A DNA stretch of 64,000 nucleotides from Nemertoderma westbladi (lineage: Eukaryota; Animalia; Xenacoelomorpha). The notes beneath the pieces are model-generated. The model was not told where the DNA came from. It saw only the letters and a program-made list of their open reading frames with translations, and searched no databases. Of the stretch, positions 49,881-62,207 are shown piece after piece (positions within the stretch are counted from its first letter, which is position 1; each line of letters starts with the position of its first letter). The stretch covers positions 1-64,000 of the forward strand of contig JAUCBJ010009072.1 of the NCBI GenBank assembly GCA_032718475.1, written 5' to 3'. Position numbers and translations under genes: made by a program.

Positions 49881-52800
49881 GGTTCAAGGACGAAGGTCCG
49901 AATAGGACGAAGGTCCGAATGAGACCGAGGTCCGAAATACGTATGACGAAGGTCCGAAACAACAGGACGAAGGTCCGAATAGGACGAAGGTCCGAAATAC
50001 GTATGACGAAGGTCCGAAACAACAGGACGAAGGTCCGAATGGGACGAAGGTCCGAATAGGACGAAGGTCCGAAACAACAGGACGAAGGTCCGAATGGGAC
50101 GAAGGTCCGAATAGGACGAAGGTCCGAAACAACAGGACGAAGGTCCGGATGGGACGAAGGTCCGAACAGGACGAAGGTCCGAAACAAAAGGACGAAGGTC
50201 CGAATAGGACGAAGGTCCGAAACAACAGGACGAAGGTCCGAATAGGACGAAGGTCCGAATGAGACGAAGGTCCGAAATACGTATGACGAAGATCCGAAAC
50301 AACAGGAAGAAGGTCCGAATAGGACGAAGGTCCGAAACAACAGGACGAAGGTCCGAATAGGACGAAGGTCCGAATAGGACGAAGGTCCGAATAGGACGAA
50401 GGTCCGAAACAACAGGACGAAGGTCCGAATGGGACGAAGGTCCGAATAGGACGAAGGTCCGAAACAACAGGACGAAGGTCCGAATAGGACGAAGGTCCGA
50501 AACAACAGGACGAAGGTCCGAATAGGACGAAGGTCCGAATAGGACGAAGGTCCGAATGAGACGAAGGTCCGAAATACGTATGACGAAGATCCGAAACAAC
50601 AGGAAGAAGGTCCGAATAGGACGAAGGTCCGAAACAACAGGACGAAGGTCCGAATAGGACGAAGGTCCGAATAGGACGAAGGTCCGAATAGGACGAAGGT
50701 CCGAAACAACAGGACGAAGGTCCGAATGGGACGAAGGTCCGAATAGGACGAAGGTCCGAAACAACAGGACGAAGGTCCGAATAGGACGAAGGTCCGAATA
50801 GGACGAAGGTCCGAAACAACAGGACGAAGGTCCGAATAGGACGAAGGTCCGAATGCGACTGAGGTCCGAAATACGTATGACGAAGATCCGAAACAACAGG
50901 AAGAAGGTCCGAATGCGACTGAGGTCCGAAATACGTATGACGAAGATCCGAAACAACAGGAAGAAGGTCCGAAACAACAGGACGAAGGTCCGAATAGGAC
51001 GAAGGTCCGAATGAGACGGAGGTCCGAATGAGACGGAGGTCCGAATGGGACGAAGGTCCGAATAGGACGAAGGTCCGAAACAACAGGACGAAGGTCCGAA
51101 TGAGACGAAGGTCCGAATGGGACGAAGGTCCGAATAGGACGAAGGTCCGAATGAGACGGAGGTCCGAATGAGACGGAGGTCCGAATGGGACGAAGGTCCG
51201 AATAGGACGAAGGTCCGAAACAACAGGACGAAGGTCCAAATGAGACGAAGGTCCGAATGGGACGAAGGTCCGAATAGGACGAAGGTCCGAAACAACAGGA
51301 AGAAGGTCCGAATAGGACGAAGGTCCGAATGAGACGGAGGTCCGAATGAGACGGAGGTCCGAATGGGACGAAGGTCCGAATAGGACGAAGGTCCGAAACA
51401 ACAGGACGAAGGTCCGAAACAACAGGACGAAGGTCCGAATAGGACGAAGGTCCGAATGAGACGGAGGTCCGAATGAGACAGAGGTCCGAATAGGACGAAG
51501 GTCCGAAACAACAGGACGAAGGTCCGAATAGGACGAAGGTCCGAATGCGACTGAGGTCCGAAATACGTATGACGAAGATCCGAAACAACAGGAAGAAGGT
51601 CCTAAACAACCTGACGAAGGTCCGAATAGGACGAAGGTCCGAAACAACAGGACGAAGATCCGAATGGGACGAAGGTCCGAATAGGACGAAGGTCCGAAAC
51701 AACAGGACGAAGGTCCGAATAGGACGAAGGTCCGAATGCGACTGAGGTCCGAAATACGTATGACGAAGATCCGAAACAACAGGAAGAAGGTCCTAAACAA
51801 CAGGACGAAGGTCCGAATAGGACGAAGGTCCGAAACAACAGGACGAAGGTCCGAATGGGACGAAGGTCCGAATGGGACGAAGGTCCGAATAGGACGGAGG
51901 TCCGAAACAACAGGACGAAGGTCCGAATGGGACGAAGGTCCGAATAGGACGAAGGTCCGAATGGGACGAAGGTCCGAATGGGACGAAGGTCCGAATAGGA
52001 CGAAGGTCCGAAACAACAGGACGAAGGTCCGAATAGGACGAAGGTCCGAATGCGACTGAGGTCCGAAATACGTATGACGAAGATCCGAAACAACAGGAAG
52101 AAGGTCCTAAACAACAGGACGAAGGTCCGAATAGGACGAATGTCCGAAACAACAGGAAGAAGGTCCGAATAGGACGAAGGTCCGAAACAACAGGACGAAG
52201 GTCCGAATAGGACGAAGGTCCGAATAGGACGAAGGTCCGAATAGGACGAAGGTCCGAAACAACAGGACGAAGGTCCGAATAGGACGAAGGTCCGAAACAA
52301 CAGGACGAAGGTCCGAATGGGACGAAGGTCCGAATGGGACGAAGGTCCGAATGGGACGAAGGTCCGAATAGGACGGAGGTCCGAAACAACAGGACGAAGG
52401 TCCGAATGGGACGAAGGTCCGAATAGGACGAAGGTCCGAAACAACAGGACGAAGGTCCGAATAGGACGAAGGTCCGAATGCGACTGAGGTCCGAAATACG
52501 TATGACGAAGATCCGAAACAACAGGAAGAAGGTCCTAAACAACAGGACGAAGGTCCGAATAGGACGAAGGTCCGAAACAACAGGACGAAGGTCCGAATGG
52601 GACGAAGGTCCGAATGGGACGAAGGTCCGAATAGGACGAAGGTCCGAATAGGACGAAGGTCCGAATAGGACGAAGGTCCGAATAGGACGAAGGTCCGAAA
52701 CAACAGGACGAAGGTCCAAATGAGACGGAGGTCCGAAACACATGAATGTCCGAAACACATATGATGAAAGTTCGAACGGGACGAAGGAAGATAATATTTA

Positions 52801-54997
52801 CGTGGGGGGGGGGGGGGGGGGGGGGTCGTAAGATGTGAGGGCTGTAAGATGATTTGTTTTTTAAGGCAATTACAAATAATTATGGTACATTATGTACGTT
52901 GCAATTCAACTTATGGCCAGGACTGTCCGTATAGTTATTGACCTCATCGTTATATTATTGAATGCATTTTGGTTTTTATTGCATTTATTTAATTAATTAA
53001 ATATTAAAGTGTTTATCCTATTTATGTATGAAAATACAAAAATAATAAATATAAAGTAAAAATACATAATATTTTATTATATTATATTATAATATACATA
53101 ATTGGCCAGTAATAGTTGACCGATGCGCCTGTAATTTGCCTCTCGTCAACAAGTCAACCCCCACCGACTAGCGGTACTGGCTGTTTTGCTGACGGGGCTC
53201 TGTCGAACAACGCGCTCCTGATAGCAGTAAAGGGGGTCTCTTTATTGAGGGGCAGTATTATTATTGCCGCGGAACTGCCCCAACTCATCACCTCTCCCAT
53301 TCTCGCCCTCCGACGAAAATGAACATAAAATCAACATACACCAACCCACTATCCTACTCCACACCGCGACACCCACCCTCACCGACGATCTGAAAGATTG
53401 TACCCAATACAAAAAAACAGGATAAGTTGAATCATACAACTAAAGCGGTAAGCTTGCAAGACGAATGCATGATTTACTGAGAATATCGGTCATAATCTCA
53501 CTTAATGGAATACTGTACATATTGTACAAAACTTTTACTAAATTAATTGCAACGCTCACCTATCATTTCGCCGAGTGTCAATACATACTCTTACATATTC
53601 AATGCATGTTAAAAATTAAGGTAAATGGTACTGTACAAATCTGACAAATACTGGGATTGTAATTCAACTAGCATGATATAAACTAACGAACAAATTGGCA
53701 ATTAATATGGCTGATATTTACTTCTTTTTCATGTGGATTTTTCAGAAATATTTCAATTGCATTAATTTACATATTTTCAGGCCTTTTCATCCCATTTTAC
53801 CAAATTTTATACTTTCAGGGATTTTAATTTCCATGCGGTATAGGGTTCCGCAACTTTTAGTGGCAACACTAGAGACATCTAACCCAGGGTAGGGTATTCC
53901 TTAAATACCCCCTGTAGGTGTTGGGCTGGGCTCCTGTGATGGGTAAGATACAGCATAGCGCACTACCCAACTAACAAATTTCCAACTAAATCTTCCACTT
54001 TCTTCTCTAAAACGCTCAAACTACCGTCCCAAATTCAGAAAAATAGAATAAAATTGGATTAGTTAGTAATAAATACTATTACTATGTAATAAAGGTTCTA
54101 TACCTATAACGATAACGGACAATATCTCTACTAAATACCAAACAAAACAACCATCTAAACATCAAAAATCAATGTCACACCACCACTGCCATTTCATTAC
54201 ATTTATAATGATATCAACAACCCAAAGATACCCCATTTGCTATCATCTTATTGATAAAGCGCGATTTTATTGATGGAGATAAAATTATACGGCCCTGTTA
54301 TATTGAATATTCACCAAGCATCAACCTGAAACGAACAAACCAACAACATCTATGGGAAATTTTTAAAATAAACATGTCAACAACTTTATGACTCCAGCTA
54401 ATGGACTATAAACAAACACCAGTGACTCTCGAATTACAGACCTTCCAACCACCACGCAATGCTCCCATTCCTACACCATTAATGAAACACTCATAACCGA
54501 CCTTAGGATTAGCCTCCCCTCCATTCCCCACACGGCGGGCAGCATTATTAGTCCTTCAGAATATAAGTCATCAATCACAGTTTAGGCTATGCTTGCTCTT
54601 GTTTGAATGATGGCTTATCCAAGCAGCGTTTTTAAATTTAAATTACATGTAGCTCGGAATTTCGGTAATTAAATACGTTTGCGAGTTTATGAGAGTTTCA
54701 TAAATCATGTTCGCATGAGTTACAATTCACATGACGGTGTGAGAAAGATTTCCACATTATTTCAGACCTTCGTCCTGGTTATTCGGACCTTCGTCATGGG
54801 ATGATAAACAACTATAATGTTTTTTGCCATTGGCCCATACAAACCTTGTCCTCAAAGTACAGTTCTTGGCCGTAGACGAAGGCCCAACACACCCAGGACG
54901 AAGGTCCGAATGGGACAAAGGTCCGAAAAAACCGACCAAGACTTTCGGACCTTCGACTTTCGGACCTTCGTCTCATTCGGACCTTCGACCCAATACC
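49881..54997. mobile_element. Probable ~5.1-kb non-autonomous DNA transposon with repeat-built TIRs
   Basis: Left end GGTTCAAGGACGAAGGTCCGAA; right end TTCGGACCTTCGACCCAATACC, with inverted motif copies at ~54760-54990. TSD not clean; no transposase ORF. Confidence 0.55.
49884..52790. repeat. Composite tandem array of 17-, 21- and 22-bp units (~150 units)
   Basis: Constant AGGTCCGAA followed by TAGGACGA/TGGGACGA/TGAGACGA (17 bp), ACAACAGGACGA (21 bp) or ATACGTATGACGA (22 bp). Confidence 0.95.
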
Positions 54998-55059
54998 CAC
55001 ACCCACAGTATATTTCATTAAGAATGACACAGCCTTCCCAACAGACACATACAACCAAC

Positions 55060-55213
55060 CTAGTTTTGTTTCGCTCCCTGCTGGGAGGCAAGCCGTGCTG
55101 CCTCTCCCGCCGATCCAGTGATTGACTCCTATTGGCCGATTGTTGCTCATCATCTGAAGATCCTCCGAAATCTAAGTTACGCCGTCCACTAATCCTTCTA
55201 GAATCCCTTAGAT
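55060..55213 (-). CDS. Minus-strand gene exon 3: LRDSRRISGRRNLDFGGSSDDEQQSANRSQSLDRRER...RERNKT
   Basis: Acceptor TTGTTGTTTTGCAG, donor TAG|GTTGGT, 154 bp, phase 1 to 2. Confidence 0.75.
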
Positions 55214-56028
55214 CTGCAAAACAACAAGAATTCATATCGGATTCACTTGTCCAGATATATTAATGTACAATAATTCACTTCAAATACTTTGGGAATTAAT
55301 GTATTTTAAATAAACTCTGGATTTGAGGACATCCACTGGTGTGATAATGAAAAAAATCACTTCTGCATATTTTGTAAAGTTATATATTTTACTTATTATC
55401 TCAATGTGTTATGCGTACTTTTGTATTTAGTTCTAGGTTAAACAATGAAGGGATCAGATCACGGCCTTATGTTACTCTATCTATACTGTTGTAGTGTTAC
55501 TAGGCCCCGAATAAATCACTTCGCTATAAAAGTTACCTTTCTCTTGCATTTTGGCCAAAACGTGAAGATCAGTAACGTCATTGAGTTTATTTATACCGAG
55601 ATTATAATCCTCTTCGTCTTTATATCCCCAGGATTTCTTAGGAGTTTCATCTAAATAAATAAATACAATCTAGTTTCAATTAATTCAATTCAATTCAACA
55701 TTAAAATACAACTAAAACTTCTAGAGATAGTAGTTTATAAACGCAGACAAGTGTCAAAATGAGAACTTAATCCCAAACTACTGGAAACCTTGATAAAAAA
55801 TAAACAGATTCGTATGCCTAATGAAATTACTTTTGTTTGAGTAACTTTTTAAGTCAATACAATAATTAAATATCAGGTATTACAAATTCATCGACAGCCC
55901 AACCCACTATCGTTGGTATCAGGATTAATTCAACCGATGTTTCGAGATCAGGATCCCGCTTCATAAGAAGGTGAAAAGAAAACTTTCACTATGGAATGGA
56001 AAGGACATTATTACTGAGTATATTAAAT

Positions 56029-56606
56029 CAGGGTTGCCATACTCTAGTTCAGTTTCAATTATCCCTGACATATTTCCCTGACTCTTTGAAAAAATTCCCT
56101 GACTGCAGGTACACAGCGGTTGTAAACGCTACGCCGACAACCGACAACCAACGCCGACAACCATTCTTAAAGCTAATGAATGTTAATTATCAATTGATGG
56201 AAAGGAACAGGTTACAGTGGAAAGTTATTCTAACCAAAACAATAAACGAGAGTCACGAACTCAGGTTACATTTTCTTATTTCCCGATGTCGGCAGTTTGT
56301 TGTCGGCTGTCGGTTGTCGGCGTACCGTTTACACCCATACACAACATTTTTATAGAATATAGTATAATATTGGCCGCTTTATTATATTCTAAACAATGTT
56401 CCGACTATTAGAGTGCACCTATATGTTTAGTGATGTGAGGAAATCGAATGGTGAGCGAAGAGAGCAGATTAAATTTTACATATTTTCGCTTATCAAACTT
56501 TTCCTATATATATCACATTCCCTGACGTGTCCATATTTTACAAGAATTCCCTGACATTTCAACAAAATTTACTATTCCTGACAAATCCAGGTGAGTGGTA
56601 ACCCTG
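56029..56606. mobile_element. hAT-like MITE
   Basis: TIRs CAGGGTTGCCA / TGGTAACCCTG and repeated subterminal TCCCTGAC motifs. TSD not preserved. Confidence 0.6.
56118..56336. mobile_element. Copy of the 9-bp-TSD MITE family (594-797) nested in the hAT-like MITE
   Basis: GGTTGTAAACGCTACGCCGAC ... GTCGGCGTACCGTTTACACCC. Flanks GTACACAGC / ATACACAAC match at 7 of 9 positions. Internal sequence is homologous to 594-797. Confidence 0.8.
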
Positions 56607-56741
56607 TATGGTAAAAAGGAGTAAAAGCTACATTCGATGAAATAAAATAACCATAATGTTACCGTATTAGATAATACTGTAAATTAAATACCGGTACCAG
56701 TACTGCAATCCAATAATTGCCTATATTATTATTTATTAAAC

Positions 56742-56801
56742 CTGGGAGTTTCTGATAAGCGTTGGAATTTCCATTGGCATCTTCTGAAACGCGGTACGCC
56801 A
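56742..56801 (-). CDS. Minus-strand gene exon 2: AYRVSEDANGNSNAYQKLP
   Basis: Acceptor TTTATTTTCATTCCCAG, donor CAG|GTTTAA, 60 bp, phase 1 to 1. Confidence 0.6.
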
Positions 56802-57007
56802 CTGGGAATGAAAATAAACAAAACGCAAATATAAAGTGATAAATAAATAACATAATTATTTATTACACGGGGAAAAAGTATACCGGTACCTATTTTTCAT
56901 TATTCTCGAGACATTTTATTTACCGAGCCCAGTTTTATTGTTAAATTGGTACTTTAATTTAATTCTACATATGTATCCTGCTCTCTAAATTGTAAACTTA
57001 CTATTTA

Positions 57008-57276
57008 ACGCCCATGTGAAGAATACAGGATTTCACTTTTGGGTCGACTTTTTATTGGAATTTTATATATGAAGATTTTAAACACTTTTATCAACTTTTA
57101 AATCACCTTTATTGCGCTTATTTCTGTCTTATAACCTGTACATATACTAATTCGTTTATTGTTTTGGTTAGATTCAGCCTTTCTGTGTTTTTGGTGAAAA
57201 CATGGTATTCTTCACATGGGGGTAACTGCAAAGTGAAAAATAACGGCAGAAAGTCTGGTATTCTTCACATGGGCCC
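57008..57276. mobile_element. MITE (possibly PIF/Harbinger-like)
   Basis: TIRs GCCCATGTGAAGAATAC / GTATTCTTCACATGGGC, with an extra internal copy at ~57205-57220. Confidence 0.6.
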
Positions 57277-57994
57277 TATTTAGCACTACAGTGTACCTTT
57301 TTACTTAAGTTTATATGAACATTTGTTACAACTATCATATCAGTAATTATTTTTAGTAATTTTATGCGTTTTATATTTAGCTCTATCCAGCCAGGCCTTC
57401 GTGCAGCAAAAGCTGCAAGCCATATTGGCGAACAATTATAATTATACTATGGCTAGTAAGTTAGAAGACCGTCAGGGCTTCTTGCTGTCAAAAAAAACGT
57501 GTGTGTGTGTGTTTGTCTGTATGTATGTATGTTTGTTTGTGCACATTGATATTGGCTTGGAAGGGTAAGAAGTGCTCTACTTCGTGGCCAACTATACAGA
57601 GAAATGCATGGATTATTTGGGTTCTTATATCGGTTATTAATTATTTAAGCGGGTAAAATTAAGCTCATGTTGAATAAAAATAGCACAGGTCGATTCGCCG
57701 TGTCCCATTCTCACAAAGTTTTTATTTTATTCGAGTGTTTAATATAAAGATGTATGATTATTTATTGATTAAAAATTAAATAGTGTATAAATATGTCATA
57801 TTCCCTCATCTCATGCAGCCTTTACTTTGCCAATGGTAGTAAATGGGGAAGGATTTTCTCTGTATCATAGCAACGTTGTATAATTATTTAACTAGCGAGC
57901 TGGGAAGATAGGTAGCAAGCTGGCCGGAGTGTTGAGTGTGTCTCAGTAAATCCAATGGTTGGGGTGGGTTGTCTGTTGCGAACTGGTCATGGCC

Positions 57995-58287
57995 ACCTTG
58001 GTGCTCATTGTCGGTTGGTCATTGAATTCACATCTCCCGTAGGTCGTGGGTTCGATCCACACATGGGCCAGGGCAATTTTCGTTTCGGCACGAATGCTTT
58101 ATAAAGGGACCAGCCAGGACGCATCTCTACCTTACATCCTTAAGTGGTATAGCTAAATGAGTACTGGAGTTTCCTCTGGGGAGTAAAGTTCTGGGGGGAC
58201 CGCACTGGAAATAAGTCGTCAGAATTTCTGCGTAATTCCTGGCCTAGCGGCCGAAGAAAATTAACTTTTACTTTACTTTTTTTTTAC
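57995..58287 (+). mobile_element. tRNA-derived SINE copy
   Basis: B-box GGTTCGATCC. Body is colinear with 39010-39292 and has a CTTTA-like tail. Confidence 0.85.
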
Positions 58288-59372
58288 ATGACATTGATGC
58301 TGCTTTCCTCCAAGGGTGCATGGAGGGAGAGGTTTACATATTGATTGCGATTGATATTTGATGTGGGATTATATTATCATTTAGTATTTCGGTTTTGTTG
58401 TCTTATCTCATAGCCAGCTTGCTAGCTTTCTAGTTCAAATCCCCAACAACAGTCGCTGTGCAACATCAATTTTGCATGGGAAGTGGCAGGCTGCCTCTGA
58501 CGACAAAAGGTATAAATAAATACTCAGCGTTTATTGGCTACCGGGACTGTGTGTTCAAGGAACAGCAGTTAATTATTGGCTTTCAACAATTATGGCTTCC
58601 GACACACCACCACACACACACAGACTTTTGGAAAACGGCCATAGTATAATTATAACAGTTCGCTGATGGCTCGCAGTTTTGACTCGCCCCACATAAAAAC
58701 CTCAAGCGTAATTCTACTGTGTATTAATTGTAAAATTAATATTTTATTCACTACATTAGTTTATAATTTTGTCCATGTGGGATAATATACTAAACGATTA
58801 TCAAATTGGTACTTCTTTGCTCAATTCTAAAATATAGAACGATAGTGTTACAAAATATATTGAACTGCAGTATTTTACTATATTGCTTCCATAGTTACCG
58901 GTACTACGATATCAATTATTGTTCTTTTCAACTCCTCCTAAAGCTGCCTTACTCAATGTTAAATAATTAAGTGTTCTCGAATATTTATTACGTAACTAGT
59001 GAGCCGCTTAACTCGTATACCAATATTGGATATTGAGTTCCGTTTCGCAGACACTAAAGTTGCAATAACTTTTGAGTGTGTGTGTGGTGACGTGGTGTGT
59101 CTGTGTGTGCATGGATTTTGCTCAAATTACTTGGAAGCTTTTCTATATCAAAGCACTTTCTAAACAAATGAACAAAATTAAGAAATTCCACCAAAAATAT
59201 TTTATTTTAATTTTTTCGCTGGGAAAATAGGCCTAGTATAACCAATGCAATACTATCGGTTACAGTTTTCCCTATGGAAATATCACTGAGTGTTCTCCCG
59301 CTTTTCGGATATATTCGTGCGAATAAAGTAACAATTTAAGTATAAAATATATTGTTATCACCATCCACTCAC

Positions 59373-59524
59373 CATTTGCTAACTCATCGAGTTTAAGAAG
59401 GAAGGCATGTCTGGCAAGGAGCATATGTGGCGTGGGGTTGTCCAAGTCTTGCCGTATGTATTGATAAGGAGAAATGTTCTTCTGCTCAGGGGAAAGATTC
59501 TTCACACCCGGAGACACGAACAAC
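59373..59524 (-). CDS. Minus-strand gene exon 1 of those found (internal exon): LFVSPGVKNLSPEQKNISPYQYIRQDLDNPTPHMLLARHAFLLKLDELAN
   Basis: Acceptor GTTTTGTTTAG, donor ATG|GTGAGT, 152 bp, phase 2 to 1. Composition suggests the end of a folded domain; family not recognised. Confidence 0.75.
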
Positions 59525-61689
59525 CTAAACAAAACATTATCGCATATTATTATACCAAAGACATTAACCGGTATAGACATCATACCTCCAACATTCTATT
59601 GCTCATTGCATCGTTGCTCGTTTTTGTTCACTGTCAGACTGTTGTTCATGGAATCGGAATTGTTTAATTGACATTAAATATAAAAAATAAAATAGAGCTA
59701 ACAATAAGAACATATACAAGAGACACGTATAACCATTATAAACAATGAACATGTGAAAATAGTATGGCTGTATGACGTAAATAACATTTAAAATTATCAA
59801 ATTATACGTACCGGTACCGGTAAGCAAAAAGCAGAATCGGTCACGGTACAGTCGGTCACAGTACAGTCCTGGCTCATAATGGTGTTCGCAAGGGTAATTC
59901 TGTCGTGATCATATCACATCACGGCAGAACTGATGTTGTGATTTTGTAAGATAATAGTGGTGTATCTAATGTCGGGGATAGCCCCAAGAGACAGTTTCCA
60001 TGGGAGTCCCCAATATACAGTAGGGCCTAGATAAGTAGGACGTGTAAAAACACAAGGATGAACTGCACCAAGGGTCATTGTTGCTCGTTCAGTCGCACAC
60101 CTACGCTACCGGTCCGACATACATAACTGCAATAGGTTCCGATACATACAGACATACTGACATACAGAGTCTTATTGCGGTATTTTTACAACGTACTGAC
60201 GTAACCGCGTCAAATAGTTCTCGCCCTCTTCCATCAAACATTATAATAGGCCTACTGTAATACTATAATACCGGTACCAACTTCAAAAATTGCTACCGGT
60301 AACAGAATTCCATGCATACACAATACCGTACCGGTTAATCTTCATTCCACATATGTTTGTATCTCTGGCCTGATCTGCTGATAAAAGCCCTACTGCCCTA
60401 TGCCCTAAACCTAATTGCTGGATTATAAATAAACATGTCAATGTCAAATTGTTAGGGACTAGCGACTAGCTGACTAGCGAGACAGGCAGACAGGCTGACA
60501 GGGGCCTAGTGCCTCTAGGCTGCTGCTGCTAGCTGGCTAGGCCTAATGTTAAACGACAACTAGGCCTACCCTGCTTCCTGCAGTATTGTATAAACTAGGT
60601 AACTGACTAACCACGTATCGTCATCTTCATTTTCCGATTCAGGGAAACTAATCAGTTCCAAACGATCAATAATATCAATATCAGCCATTACCTGTGCTTG
60701 CTGACCGTCTGACTGTCTGACGTTGCCGTACCCACCGACTGACTGGACTGACCGATATACTGCAGTACTGATATTGATATAGGCCTATCAGCCTATCAGC
60801 CTATACCGCTATCAGTCATAATACTGTAATATATTGAATAGGCCTATATATCAGTACCGGTATATCAGATATATATATATCAGTATTCAGTACAGTAAGG
60901 TACAGTGGGTCAGCCTAATCACCCAACTACACCCAACTTTCACCCAACTACACCCAACTACACCCAACTACACCCAACTTTCACCCAACTACACCCAACT
61001 TTCACCCAACTACCACCCAACTACACAGCTACACCCAACTTTCACCGAACTACCACCCAACTACACAGCTACACCCAACTTTCACCAACTACACCCAACT
61101 ATACCACCCATCTACACACAACTCTGCAAATACACCCGACTTCAACGTTCAACACAACAGCATCCAACTTGCACCAAACTATACTGTATGGCACCTATCT
61201 TCCACAAATTACAATATGTACAGTAACAAACTCTGAACTTCTTTGAGGAATTGCTGAGATATGAACTTTTAAAAGTTGCATGTACTCGTGCTGTATTTTG
61301 CCATCACTGCCCTGCAATTATGAAAATAACTAACTAACATTTTATTTTTATTGCAGGTTGATTCTAGAATAATTGATGAATTTAGCAATAAATATACAAA
61401 GGAGAGACACAGAGACTATTGACGAACGATCCAGATACCTATAGATGTCTACACATACCACGCATCAAAACTGCAAACTAAGCTACAGTACAAACTAAAC
61501 TGGCGCTGTGGGATTGCGGTGAAAATGAAAACGGTATTTATACATAGGTGGGTCACCGTCACAGCCTTAACGACGAAATCGCATTATTGGAAACTTCTGC
61601 TGTGGGAATAGCAATGCAGATAATTCGTACAAAGTTAATGGACATAAGTTCTATATTATACAGTATGTTTAATGCAATTATAATAATGT

Positions 61690-62075
61690 AATTATCCTTT
61701 ATGTATCATAGAATACAAGAAAAAAAACTGTAACATTATTTTCAGCTTCTTTATCTTAAACTTTATGGCCTTTATACTGTATTAATTAATTTTTAACGAA
61801 ACAACAGAAATAATTTTAGAACTTTTTACATTTCTCATTACATTTTACATGTCTCAAGTTTACACTCCATTTGGCTCCCTGATCCAATCTTAATGGTTAG
61901 CAAATAAAGTACTTTCTGTATAATATAGGCGAATAATAAATTTATTATGGAACCAAAATAATAAACGAAAGATAAGCTCAAATTAATATAAAGGCCACGA
62001 AGTTTAGAATAAAACTGTTGAAAATAAAGACTATTTTACAATCTTTCTTGTAATATGATACATAAAGGATAATTA
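61690..62075. mobile_element. Nested AT-rich foldback MITE; a related arm begins at ~63930 and runs to the window end
   Basis: AATTATCCTTTATGTATCATA...TGGCCTTTATA (61690-61775) is inverted relative to TATAAAGGCCA...TATGATACATAAAGGATAATT (61987-62075). Confidence 0.55.
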
Positions 62076-62081
62076 TAATAT

Positions 62082-62207
62082 TTTATTGTTAAATTTCTGA
62101 ATTACTTAACGCTCGTCCTTGGACAAGCCGTAAATACAGTAGATAGATGGATTATTTGCGGCTCGTCCATAGACGAGCGTTAAGTAATCAATAAATTTAA
62201 CAATAAA
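62082..62207. repeat. ~125-bp imperfect palindrome (mini-MITE-like)
   Basis: TTATTGTTAAATTT..TTACTTAACGCTCGTC..TGGAC versus GTCCA..GACGAGCGTTAAGTAA..AAATTTAACAATAA. Confidence 0.7.

Noticed and set aside
49802-52760. Long minus-strand ORFs and CRISPR-like repeat/spacer appearance
   Set aside because: Linkers are a few nt and reused rather than unique 25-45-nt spacers, there are no cas genes and the context is eukaryotic. The ORFs are repeat artefacts.
53116-53322. GC-richer patch as an additional exon
   Set aside because: Minus-strand frames hit stops or need a phase that does not fit exons 3 and 4, which join directly; it lies inside the putative transposon.
9320-59524. Naming the minus-strand gene as a Cav2 channel or RIM-like protein from the RMLPVTP motif and R/S-rich tail
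   Set aside because: No IQ, EF-hand, C2 or PDZ sequence in the exons found, and the C-terminus is not DDWC-like. Low-complexity resemblance is insufficient.
60610-60690. Short acidic reading MADIDIIDRLELISFPESENEDDD on the minus strand (similar acidic patches at ~970-1038 and ~39429-39548)
   Set aside because: Too short, no phase-compatible link to the gene established; could be transposon remnants but unsupported.
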